A stretch of 64,000 nucleotides of DNA from Macrostomum hystrix (Eukaryota > Animalia > Platyhelminthes), in assembly GCA_950097015.1 (NCBI GenBank), contig CATNEN010000005.1, forward strand, positions 5,952,001 to 6,016,000, given 5' to 3'. Positions 51,331-62,652 of this stretch are shown here, piece by piece. Under the pieces are notes generated by a model. That model had not been told where the DNA came from, did no database searches, and saw only the letters and a program-made list of their open reading frames with translations. Within the stretch, counting starts at the first letter, position 1, and each line of letters starts with the position of its first letter. The position numbers and the translations under genes are program-made.

Positions 51331-51882
51331 TGTGAGGTGGAGAAGTGGGACTTGGGAACAGGGTTAAAACTTTAGCAAATTTTCAAGATTAGATATTTCA
51401 TTTCTAATATTAGCTATTTCATTTTTCTAGTATTATTTTTTTATATATTATTAGCAGTTCTATGGTAAAATTATTTAACGAAAAATACATTACTTGTGCC
51501 ACCCAGCAATACGTTGTCAGGCAATAATTGTACCTGAAAATTATTTACAAAAAAACTGCACCAATTTTGGATCTCAATTTTATATTCTACTCGTAATTTA
51601 CCATTAAACTCAATAAAAGGTTGATGAGCACAGGCTGGATAGAGGAATGAGGATCCAGAATAGGGAGATAGGGAGAATGCAGAATGGGAAGAGAGGAACG
51701 GAAGGAGGATGTCTGGGAGATTCAATAGCGGGAATAAGAAGGTGATAAGCGGTACACGCATGAATGTGCTCATATTTTTAATGTCTTGTAATTTCAAAAC
51801 ATTTTCATTAATTGCATTTTTTAATTAACGGCACGTGCAGCAGCATTTCAAGTACACGAATGAGAACTTTATTGTTTCCAAC

Positions 51883-51896
51883 GTTCTTTTTTTCAG
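51883..51896 (+). other. 3' splice acceptor (TTCTTTTTTTCAG) 54 nt upstream of gene 3 ATG
   Basis: Homologous to 3710-3724. Confidence 0.65.
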
Positions 51897-51950
51897 CCAA
51901 AAAAGTCTTCTGAGAAGAATTTCACGGACTAGCAAGAGAAGCAAGGGTTC

Positions 51951-54900
51951 ATGGACACCAATGCTAGCGTCCGTGGACCGGGAGATGCCAGATCAGAGGA
52001 CCGGGAACTCGAGGATGCAGAATCGCCGGTCTCTACGTGGGAAGACAGTGGATCAATGAGTCAGAGAAGTGAGTCGGACTCAACTTTCTCTCTGAGCTAT
52101 GAAAACTTCGTAATGAACCAAGAGCCGGAGTTGCTAGTTTTCTTCTGGGACATCAAGCATGGAGGTGTTGAAAATAGTCTGCGCAATGACCTTCTTCGAG
52201 CCATAGACAAAAGCGACTCTGAGGAGCTGAGCAGAATATCAGACAGAATCAGAAAAGGACTTCAAGACGATGAGGATGCAGAAGTGAAAGCGCTGCTGCT
52301 TCTGTCAGCCGCCGAGCAAGAGCTGGAACTGCTGCAGTTCTTGACTGAAAGACATGCCGACTCATGCCTGCAGGCGCGAAGTTCATCAGCAAACAACATG
52401 CTGCACTTCGTGTGCGGATGCAACAACTCAGATTCAGCAACTGCAGCCTTGGAGCTGATCTATAACAAAGTGGGCAAACAGCTGGTCAAGGAGGTCAACA
52501 ACTCGAAGCAGCTGCCTGTACACATCGCCGCATTCAATACAGCCAATCCTGCAGTGTTTCTCTGGCTCATTTCCACCGTCGAGGACAAGAAACTGTTTTT
52601 CGTTCAAGACGATGACGGCTACAGTGCTGTTAGCATCGCCTTTGATCAGCTGAACTTGGACACACTCAAACAAGTGACTGAGAAGCTTGGTCTGGCGGAG
52701 TGCCTGGCGGCAAAAACTGCCAAAAATGAAAATATTTGCCTTCGAGCCGCAGCGAATTCAGCCAATCCTGCAGTGTTTCTCTGGCTCATTTCCACCGTCG
52801 AGGACAAGAATCTGTTTTTCGTTCAAGACGATGACGGCTACAGTGCTGTTAGCACCGCCTTTGATGAGCTGAACTTGGACACACTCAAACAAGTGACTGA
52901 GAAGCTTGGTCTGGCGGAGTGCCTGGCGGCGAAAACTGCCAAAAATCAAAATATTTGCCTTCTAGCCGCATTCAATACAGGCAATCCTGCAGTGTTTCTC
53001 TGGCTCATTTCCACTGTCGAGGACAAGAATCTGTTTTTCGTTCAAGACGATGACGGCTACAGTGCTGTTAGCACAGCGTTTCTACATCAGAACTTGGACA
53101 CACTCAAGCAAGTGACTGAGAAGCTTGGTCTGGCGGAGTGCCTGGCGGCAAAAACTGCCAAAAATGAAAATATTTGCCTTCGAGCCGCAGCGAATTCAGC
53201 CAATCCTGCAGTGTTTCTCTGGCTCATTTCCACCGTCGAGGACAAGAATCTGTTTTTCGTTCAAGACGATGACGGCTACAGTGCTCTTAGCGCAGCATTC
53301 GAGAAGCAGAACTTGGACACTCTCAAACAAGTGACTGAGAAGCTTGGTCTGGCGGAGTGCCTGGCGGCAAAAACTGCCAAAAATCAAAATATTTGCCTTC
53401 GAGCCGCATTCAATACAGCCAATCCTGCAGTGTTTCTCTGGCTCATTTCCACCGTCGAGGACAAGAATCTGTTTTTCGTTCAAGACGATGACGGCTACAG
53501 TGCTGTTAGCACAGCGTTTCTACATCAGAACTTGGACACACTCAAGCAAGTGACTGAGAAGCTTGGTCTGGCGGAGTGCCTGGCGGCAAAAACTGCCAAA
53601 AATGAAAATATTTGCCTTCGAGCCGCAGCGAATTCAGCCAATCCTGCAGTGTTTCTCTGGCTCATTTCCACCGTCGAGGACAAGAATCTGTTTTTCGTTC
53701 AAGACGATGACGGCTACAGTGCTCTTAGCGCAGCATTCGAGAAGCAGAACTTGGACACTCTCAAACAAGTGACTGAGAAGCTTGGTCTGGCGGAGTGCCT
53801 GGCGGCAAAAACTGCCAAAAATCAAAATATTTGCCTTCGAGCCGCATTCAATACAGCCAATCCTGCAGTGTTTCTCTGGCTCATTTCCACCGTCGAGGAC
53901 AAGAATCTGTTTTTCGTTCAAGACGATGACGGCTACAGTGCTCTTAGCGCAGCATTCGAGAAGCAGAACTTGGACACTCTCAAACAAGTGACTGAGAAGC
54001 TTGGTCTGGCGGAGTGCCTGGCGGCAAAAACTGCCAAAAATCAAAATATTTGCCTTCGAGCCGCATTCAATACAGCCAATCCTGCAGTGTTTCTCTGGCT
54101 CATTTCCACCGTCGAGGACAAGAATCTGTTTTTCGTTCAAGACGATGACGGCTACAGTGCTGTTAGCACTGCATTTGAGAAGCAGAATTTGTACACTCTC
54201 AAACAAGTGACTGAGAAGCTTGGTCTGGCGGAGTGCCTGGCGGCAAAAACTGCCAAAAATCAAAATATTTGTAAAAGAGCGGCATTCAATACAGCCAATC
54301 CTGCAGTGTTTCTCTGGCTCATTTTTACCGTCGAGGACAAGAATCAGTTTTTCGTTCAAGACGATGACGGCGAAAGTGCTGTTAGCACCGCATTTGAGAA
54401 GCTGAACTTGGACACACTCAAACAAGTGACTGCGAAGCTTGGTCTAGCAGAGTGCCTGGCGGCAAAAACTGCCAAAAATGAAAATATTTGTAAAAGAGCC
54501 GCATTCAATACAGCCAATCCTGCAGTGTTTCTCTGGCTCATTTTTACCGTCGAGGACAAGAATCAGTTTTTCGTTCAAGACGATGACGGCGACAGTGCTG
54601 TTTGCATAGCATTTTATAGGCAGAATTTGTACACACTCAAACAAGTGACTGAGAAGCTTGGTCTGGCGGAGTGCCTGGCAGCAAAAATTGCCAAAAATCA
54701 AAATATTTGTCTTGTAGCCGCATTCAATACAGACAATCCTGCAGTGTTTCTCTGGCTCATTTCCACCGTCGAGGACAAGAAACTGTTTTTCGTTCATGAC
54801 GATTATGGCCAAACTGCTGTTAGCCACGCATTTGAGAAGCAGAATTTGGACACTCTCAAACAAGTGACTGAGAAGCTTGGTCTGGCGGAGTGCCTGGCGG

Positions 54901-57812
54901 CAAAAACTGCCAAAAATGAAAATATTTGCCTTCGAGCCGCATTCAATACAGCCAATCCTGCAGTGTTTCTCTGGCTCATTTCCATCGTCGAGGACAAGAA
55001 ACTCTTCTTTGAAAAGGATGATGATGGTGATGATGGTGTATCCATTGCCTTTCATCGACAAGGCTTGAACACAGTGAAGTTTTTGACAGACCGTTTTGGA
55101 CTCAGCGAGTGTTTGAGCTGCATTGACAATCTAAATCGGGATTTGTTTTATGATTCCATTCTGAACAGCGCGAACCCGGGAGTATTTCCCTGGCTTCTCG
55201 AGCAGGTCTCCCAGCAATGTCCAGAAAAGAAGTCCAGAATTTGCGAGTTGGATTCCAACGGCAACACTCTGCTTCATGCACTGTTTAGGAAGGTCGATTT
55301 GTTCGGCGATGTTGATGCGCTTGCAGTGCTGATTGGCCGCATAAACTTTCTTTTTGAAAATGAAGTTGATCCAAGAAAAGAAAACAAATTTAGACTCAAC
55401 TGTCTGCTTGCCGCTGAATCCAGTGCTGACAATCTCAATTGTCTTTTGCGAGCTCTTCAAAGATCAGCGCATTTGGAAATCTTCAGAAATCTGCAAAGAA
55501 ACTCGGAGGGCCTTCACGTAGCTCATGTCTTCTGCACTCGCTACGAGCTCCGAGATATCAAGAACGATTTGAGCAAGCTGTGCGGTCTCAGTCCTGACGA
55601 GCTCCTTGCAGTCCGAGTTTCTGACGGACCGCTGAAGGATGCAACTTGTCTGCACTTTGCCTGCGAATCCGGTCACAAGTTGAACATCGAATACCTTCTA
55701 ATGAAAGGACGGAGGCTGGAAGATGAGACAGACGCCGGGCAGACGAGTGTCGACTTTGCCTGCAACAAGGCGAAGCTCGAGGATGTTTTGGATGTTGCAG
55801 AGAAGTCAGTTGGTCTCGGAAAACTGCTCAAGCTGGTTGATCCAACGAAGCGAGCTCTGAACCTTCCGGACGTTCAGAGCGCCCGAGGTCACCTGACTCG
55901 ATTCAACGACTCATCGCTCAAGGCCAGCATTGAAGATGATAAATCCAGACGACAGACGAGAGGCAAGGAAGCCGGTGAGATTAAAAATGAGAGTCATGTC
56001 GGATACGGAGCTGACAGCATTTCAAAGTCCGAGGATTCGCCAGAAGTGAAAATGCTGTTCAGAGCATTCGAGCTCGACTCAAATGAGATGCTCCGCAGCT
56101 TGATCAGTTTGGGCTTCGCCATCGATGAGATCGATGACCAGTTCTCCAGGCATGTCTCAAAGCAGATTGGCAATGGACGGGAAAGCAGTAAGTCTCCTAC
56201 AATAGCCAAGCTTCAAAAGTACTTCTCCTCAGAAGAAAGAGATTCTGAAGCTCTCATGCTGATGGAGTACGCAGTGCTGCTCGAGAAGCCGAAGCTGCTC
56301 AATGACCTGATGCTGCTGCCACAGTTTGACATCATCCCACAGACTTTGAGGCTGCTCGTTTATCTCAAGCCCAGAGTGAAGTCGAGCAATGCTGAGAATC
56401 TGAAAAAAGTGCAAGCTCTAGCCTTGAACATTGTCGTCAATGTTCTGGAGCACCTCTACGTGAATGCTGATGAAGAAGAGCGGAATCTTGTTTTCGACTA
56501 CCTGACTGGCTCATTTATGGTGTTAGACGGGCATTCTCAGGTTCGAGGTCCGAGGTTCCCGCCACCATTGGATTATCTTACCAGACCAATTTCAAACGAT
56601 AAAACTGATCTCGAAAAAGTGAGCAAAGATGCGAAGAAACCAAAAAAGCCATCAGAAAAGAAGTCTGCAGCTGCAGTGATGTCAGTGATGGAGCTGGTGC
56701 AGACCCTGGACTGTGACGATGTGTTTGCCACTGACTGTATCAGCCAGTTGGTGGATCGGCAGTGGAACGAGGCTCCACCGCTGTCCTGGAGCAGTCCTGC
56801 ACGCTGCTGCTCATGCAACATACTGCAAAAGGTGACAATTCAACAGCGGTTTATCGTCCACTCTGCCTTTTTCCTGGTCTTTCTGCTCTACTTTGCCTGG
56901 TACGTGACGGATTTCAGTCGGACAAAGCAGTTTCCGATTCTAGACGTCGTCCTGTTGGCCTACGCGCTGTCCTTCACTCTGCAGGAAGTCAACGACTTGC
57001 TGAACAAGCTGTCTGTGAAGGACATACGAATTTTCAGAATGCACATGAGATGTCCTCGCTACTTCACCGACTTCTTCAACTACTTTGACATGCTCGGCCT
57101 GCTGCTGATGTGGGCGGGGCTGGTCCTGAAGCTGCTTGGCCGGCTGAGCGACCCCAGCCTCATGCGCAGCTCTCAGGTCGTCCTCAGCGTCTCGTTCCTG
57201 TTCCTGGGATTCCGCTCCGTGGCCCTGCTCAGCTACTTCAAGGTCACTGGGCCGAACATCAATATGCTGAAGAGCTTGCTGTTCAAAGACCTGCTGCCAT
57301 TCTTGATCATCATGCTGGTTCTGATCTTCTCATTTGGCATTTTCTTCTTCAACCTGCTGTTCCCGGCCTTCTCAGACCTGACAGACGTCCTGGCTCTCGT
57401 GAAGATTTTCACAACGCCCCTGGCGCTGGCCTTAAGCATCTTTGAGTTCTCGCTGTTCGAGTCGTGCAACTCCAGCAGTCTCGCGACCGGACAGACCTGT
57501 GCGGACAGTGGAGGCAACCAGGTGTACAGCCTATTCCTGATGTTCGTGTACGTCTTGCTGGTAAACATTGTGATGTTCAACCTGCTGATCGCACTGTTCA
57601 ACCGCACCGTGACAGCGATGGCCAGCAGGGCGGAGGTTCTGTGGCGCAAGAATCTGTTCGAGCTGCTGGAGGAGTTCGCAGAGGTCAGTCCGGTTCCGCC
57701 GCCGCTGTCGTTCCCGCTCTACGCCTGGAAACTGCTGCGGAGGTGCCGCCCTTCGCACTGCCGACCCTGCGCTGGCAAAGTCGGTCCTTCTGACGGCTCT
57801 GAGAGAAGCAAG
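51951..57812 (+). CDS. Ankyrin-repeat TRP-family cation channel, paralog 3, large coding exon (1954 codons; spliced protein ~2055 aa)
   Basis: Uninterrupted ORF; 12 x 73-aa units; same channel core; phase-0 donor at 57813. Confidence 0.92.
52506..55133 (+). repeat. Intragenic array of 12 x 219-bp double-ankyrin units, gene 3
   Basis: NPA codons at 52545 and 54954 are 11 x 219 bp apart; first and last units are hybrids of cap and internal halves. Confidence 0.95.
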
Positions 57813-58217
57813 GTAAGAGGCCTGGTGGACTGAGGGACTGACTCTGTTACTCACAGATGATAAATGGTCTGAATATATAGCCCTTAGATTCAGTCAGACA
57901 ATGACCGAATCCAATTTTCAATTGCAAGAACTGATTGTGTGTACATGAATGTAAATGGCTTTATAGCAAAGACATGCTCAGATTATAGTAAGCTGGGGCT
58001 GGTCATGAAACTCTTGAGGACTGATTAACAGTAGAAGCAAGGTGAGAGGCCTGGTGAGCGCAGGTGAACTGAGGGGCTGACTATGTTTACTCATATAGGC
58101 ACTAGATTCAGTCAGACGATGACCGAATCCAATTTAAATGGAAATAACTGGTTGTGTGCACATGATTGCAAATAAGCTCATGTTTCAAGGCGCTCTTCCT
58201 CACGGCTTCCGTTCCAG
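57813..58217 (+). other. Intron of gene 3 (405 nt, GT-AG, phase 0)
   Basis: Near-identical to gene 2 intron. Confidence 0.85.
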
Positions 58218-58523
58218 CCGTGGTGGACGAACCGGAGCGACTTCAGCGGCTACCCCGAAGACTTCAAGCGCTTCCTGATCTTCCAGGCCGAGCAGCTCCG
58301 GCAGCAGCGGCCACGGCTGCAGCGGGCGGTCGAGCGGCACAAGGGGGACGTCGATGTGCTGAAGGCGCACGTGGAGAACCAGGTCAAGGACCTGCGGGAG
58401 GAACTGCGGGATAATATTCAGGATGTGCTCACGGCTCAGAGAGAGGACACTGAGAACCTGCAGCAGCAAATGTCGCAGGTGATGAGCATTCTGCAGCAAC
58501 TGCAGCAGCAGCTTCAGCAGTGA
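58218..58523 (+). CDS. Terminal coding exon of gene 3 (101 aa; heptad block deleted in frame)
   Basis: Open in phase 0 to TGA at 58521-58523; 67-codon deletion relative to gene 2 at GAGAA microhomology. Confidence 0.82.
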   Translation, partial: PWWTNRSDFSGYPEDFKRFLIFQAEQLRQQRPRLQRAVERHKGDVDVLKAHVENQVKDLREELRDNIQDVLTAQREDTENLQQQMSQVMSILQQLQQQLQQ

Positions 58524-59299
58524 CCAGGCGACTCCAGCACACGCAGTTTGTAAGCTCTGAACAGTTGTAGCCGAAATTGAAATACGAAATCGATGACTGC
58601 CACTTTATTTCTGGTTAAAAAGAGCCAAATTCAGCATGAAAACAATTAGAGTCTTTCCAAACCATCCTTGACTACTTTCAGGCCTCTTAATCATTGCAGT
58701 GGCTTCTTCAGTTGCTGGGCCTCACAAAAACTGACGTTTTGTTTGCCGACAGAAGATTTTCTAAATTTTAACTTTTTATTCGACGGAATTTCGCTACTGC
58801 CGATAGATAGATGTACAGTTACAAAGACAATTGATTGAACCGAATGGAATTTCAAATAGTAAAATTTTGCAGAAGTTATTGACAGATATTCGCTTTACTC
58901 ACATCTTTTGCTCATTTACCAATAAATTTGTTCGAAAATATTACGAATCATTCAACTTGATTTCGAACTCATTTCAGAGTATGTACCTAGAATATATTAT
59001 TTAAAAAATGCCATGTTTCTGCTCTTGTGCCATCATATTTCACTTTCTAGAATTCGGTTGTGACTTGTGCTCACTAGCACAATGCACCATGTGCTCAAGC
59101 CCATTGCACCCTGAACTCGTGTCCGCTTTCGCTTGAGTACAATTCCCTCGCTTTTATATCTTTCCTGGTGCTTTTGGAGATGACAAAGAAACCTTCCGAA
59201 TGGATGAAATCTACAGCTTCTCAAGCTCTGCCAGACTGAACACTAATGAGAAGGGGATTTCTGCAGTGTGAAGCTTTTGTCGCTTTCATCGAGTAACCA

Positions 59300-59838
59300 G
59301 CCAAGAATGCCCTGTGCAAAGCAGTCTAGAATCCTCTGTTGCAGTCTAGAATCCCCTGTGTGAGCAGTCTAGAATCCTCTGTGTGAGCAGTCTAGAATCC
59401 CCTGTGTGAGCAGTCTAGAATCCCCTGTGTGAGCAGTCTAGAATCCTCTGTGTGAGCAGTCTAGAATCCCCTGTGTGAGCAGTCTAGAATGCCCTGTGTG
59501 AGCAGTCTAGAATCCTCTGTGTGAGCAGTCTAGAATCCCCTGTGTGAGCAGTCTAGAATCCTCTGTGTGAGCAGTCTAGAATCCCCTGTGTGAGCAGTCT
59601 AGAATCCCCTGTGTAACCAGCCAAGAATGCCCTGTGTGAGCAGTCTAGAATTCCCTGTGTGAGCAGTCTAGAATGCCCTGTGTGAGCAGTCTAGAATCCT
59701 CTGTGTGAGCAGTCTAGAATCCCCTGTGTGAGCAGTCTAGAATCCTCTGTGTGAGCAGTCTAGAATCCCCTGTGTGAGCAGTCTAGAATGCCCTGTGTGA
59801 GCAGTCTAGAATCCCCTGTGCAAAGCAGTCCAGAATCT
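59300..59838. repeat. Minisatellite B' (23 bp), unit 3
   Basis: ~23 copies, GTGTGAGC type as in unit 2. Confidence 0.94.
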
Positions 59839-60057
59839 ATAAATTCAGTTTTTAGAAATTTATTAAGTTTTTTTCGCTTTTAAAATTTAAAATTTTCAAA
59901 GAGCCAAAAACAAGCACTTTCCTTTAGATATAGACCTTTGACTTGGTTTTGTAATTTTTTAATTTATTTCGGTTGTTATTTTCTTAACTGCTCTTATTGT
60001 GCACACCTTTTTAAGAACTAACAAGATTACATGCTTATCGTTTAATCTATCTTTACT

Positions 60058-61085
60058 TACATGTTTATCTTGTGTTTACAGACCCAGCTCACATGTTTAT
60101 CTTGTGTTTACAGCCCTAGCTCACATGTTTATCTTGTGTTTACAGCCCTAGCTCACATGTTTATCTTGTGTTTACAGACCCAGCTCACATGTTTATCTTG
60201 TGTTTACAGACCCAGCTCACATGTTTATCTTGTGTTTACAGCCCTAGCTCACATGTTTATCTTGTGTTTACAGCCCCAGCTCACATGTTTATCTTGTGTT
60301 TACAGTCCTAGCTCACATGTTTATCTTGTGTTTACAGCCCTAGCTCACATGTTTATCTTGTGTTTGCAGACCCAGCTCACATGTTTATCTTGTGTTTACA
60401 GTCCTAGCTCACATGTTTATCTTGTGTTTACAGACCCAGCTCACATGTTTATCTTGTGTTTACAGCCCCAGCTCACATGTTTATCTTGTGTTTACAGACC
60501 CAGCTCACATGTTTATCTTGTGTTTACAGACCCAGCTCACATGTTTATCTTGTGTTTACAGACCCAGCTCACATGTTTATCTTGTGTTTACAGCCCCAGC
60601 TCACATGTTTATCTTGTGTTTACAGACCCAGCTCACTTGTTTATCTTGTGTTTACAGACCCAGCTCACATGTTTATCTTGTGTTTACAGCCCTAGCTCAC
60701 ATGTTTATCTTGTGTTTACGGCCCTAGCTCACATGTTTATCTTGTGTTTACAGCCCTAGCTCACTTGTTTATCTTGTGTTTACAGCCCTAGCTCACTTGT
60801 TTATCTTGTGTTTACAGCTCTAGCTCACATGTTTATCTTGTGTTTACAGCCCTAGCTCACATGTTTATCTTGTGTTTACAGCCCTAGCTCACATGTTTAT
60901 CTTGTGTTTACAGCCCTAGCTCACTTGTTAATCTTGTGTTTACAGCCCTAGCTCACATGTTTATCTTGTGTTTACAGCCCTAGCTCACATGTTTATCTTG
61001 TGTTTACAGCCCTAGCTCACATGTTTATCTTGCGTTTACAGCCCCAGCTCACATGGTTATCTTGTGTTTACGGCCCTAGCTCACT
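60058..61085. repeat. Minisatellite C (32 bp), unit 3
   Basis: ~32 copies. Confidence 0.95.
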
Positions 61086-61477
61086 CATTTCTAACACTAA
61101 ATTGTTTTACAACAGTGTTCGGGTGTCTAATGGCATGAATGCTGCTTCACAATGGTCGAGTGTACAGTTTTCGAGTTGTATTTGAGCTGTTTTAGTCATG
61201 AATTGATCAAAATATTCAAAATTATCTTGACTGAATCTGATCTGACACATGAGTGAAGCAGCAGCTGTCATCCAATGAACCGAGTCCTGTTTCAAATCCC
61301 ATGACTATTTTCTCCCGAGAAATGAATTATCCCAGACTAAAAGCTGATTGACAGGAGCAATCGATGTTTATCCCAGCCATTTGCTCAAAATCACAATAAA
61401 TTATTTTGTTATAAAAGTCTCAGACTCGAACTCTGAGATTTATTGACACCTTCTGATTAGAAACCTAATGTCTCTGG

Positions 61478-61755
61478 CTTGCCTGATGATTCACTCACTC
61501 AGTTGGCACAATGTCACAGGTGTGGCTCTTGGACTTGCCTGATGATTCACTCACTCAGTTGGCACAATGTCACAGGTGTGGCTCTTGGACTTGCCTGATG
61601 ATTCACTCACTCAGTTGGCACAATGTCACAATTGTGGCTCTTGCACTTGGCTGATGATTCACTCACTCAGTTGGCACAATGTCACAGGTGTGGCTCTTGG
61701 ACTTGCCTGATGATTCACTCACTCAGTTGGCACAATGTCACAATTGTGGCTCTTG
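61478..61755. repeat. Tandem repeat D (56 bp), 5 copies
   Basis: Copies at 61478, 61534, 61590, 61646, 61702. Confidence 0.92.
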
Positions 61756-62024
61756 AGCCCGAGTCCTTGAAATTACGTTGTTTCATAAGACTTTATGCAG
61801 ATGAGGTTAGCTATGTTGCCTCGGACTCTCAAGACAAACATAAAGTACGAGTGTCAAGAGAAGTCAACTCAGATTTTTGTTTAGTAGGCTAATAGGCTAA
61901 TGGAGCAGAGAGAGAGGGTGGGAGGGGCAGAGAGGGCCAACCTCTCAGGGCTAGCAAACGTTCAACTGGCGTGGATGTGCATAAGCCTACGCGAAGCCTT
62001 CTCAACAAGTCAAGTAGTTCGTAG

Positions 62025-62652
62025 AGTTGTGGAGTTTCTGGTTTGCTTCTGGTTAGGTTGTGGAGTTTCTGAGTATGGTTGTGGAGTTTCTGAGTAAGGT
62101 TGTGGAGTTTATGAGTAAGGTTGTGGAGTTTCTGAGTAAGGTTGTGGAGCTTCTGAGTAAGGTTGTGGAGTTTATGAGTAAGGCTGTGGAGTTTCTGAGT
62201 AAGGTTGTGGAGTTTATGAGTAAGGCTATGTGGTTTATGAGTAAGGTTGTGGAGTTTCTGAGTAAGGCTGTGGAGTTTATGAGTAAGGTTGTGGAGTTTC
62301 TGAGTAAGGCTGTGGAGTTTATGAGTAAGGCTGTGAAGTTTCTGAGTAAGGCTGTGGAGTTTCTGGTAGGTCGTGGAGTTTCTGGTAGGTCGTGGAGTTT
62401 CTGGTAGGTCGTGGAGTTTCTGGTAGGTCGTGGAGTTTCTGGTAGGTCGTGGAGTTTCTGGTAGGTCGTGGAGTTTCTGGTAGGTCGTGGAGTTTCTGGT
62501 AGGTCGTGGAGTTTCTGGTAGGTCGTGGAGTTTCTGGTAGGTCGTGGAGTTTCTGGTAGGTCGTGGAGTTTCTGGTAGGTCGTGGAGTTTCTGGTAGGTC
62601 GTGGAGTTTCTGGTAGGTCGTGGAGTTTTCGGATAGGTTGTGGAGTTTCTGA
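62025..62652. repeat. Minisatellite E (21-bp then 19-bp units), unit 3
   Basis: Matches 13885-14702 with fewer 19-mers. Confidence 0.93.

Noticed and set aside
5145-54405. Many ~69-aa plus-strand ORFs (MVWRSAWRQK...) and overlapping ORFs in the TM region (e.g. 9133-9468, 9487-9816)
   Set aside because: Alternative frames inside the channel CDS, repeated only because the DNA is repeated
3779-58523. Assigning gene symbols TRPA1, nompC/TRPN or TRPM
   Set aside because: Architecture mixes features and orthology cannot be established without a phylogeny
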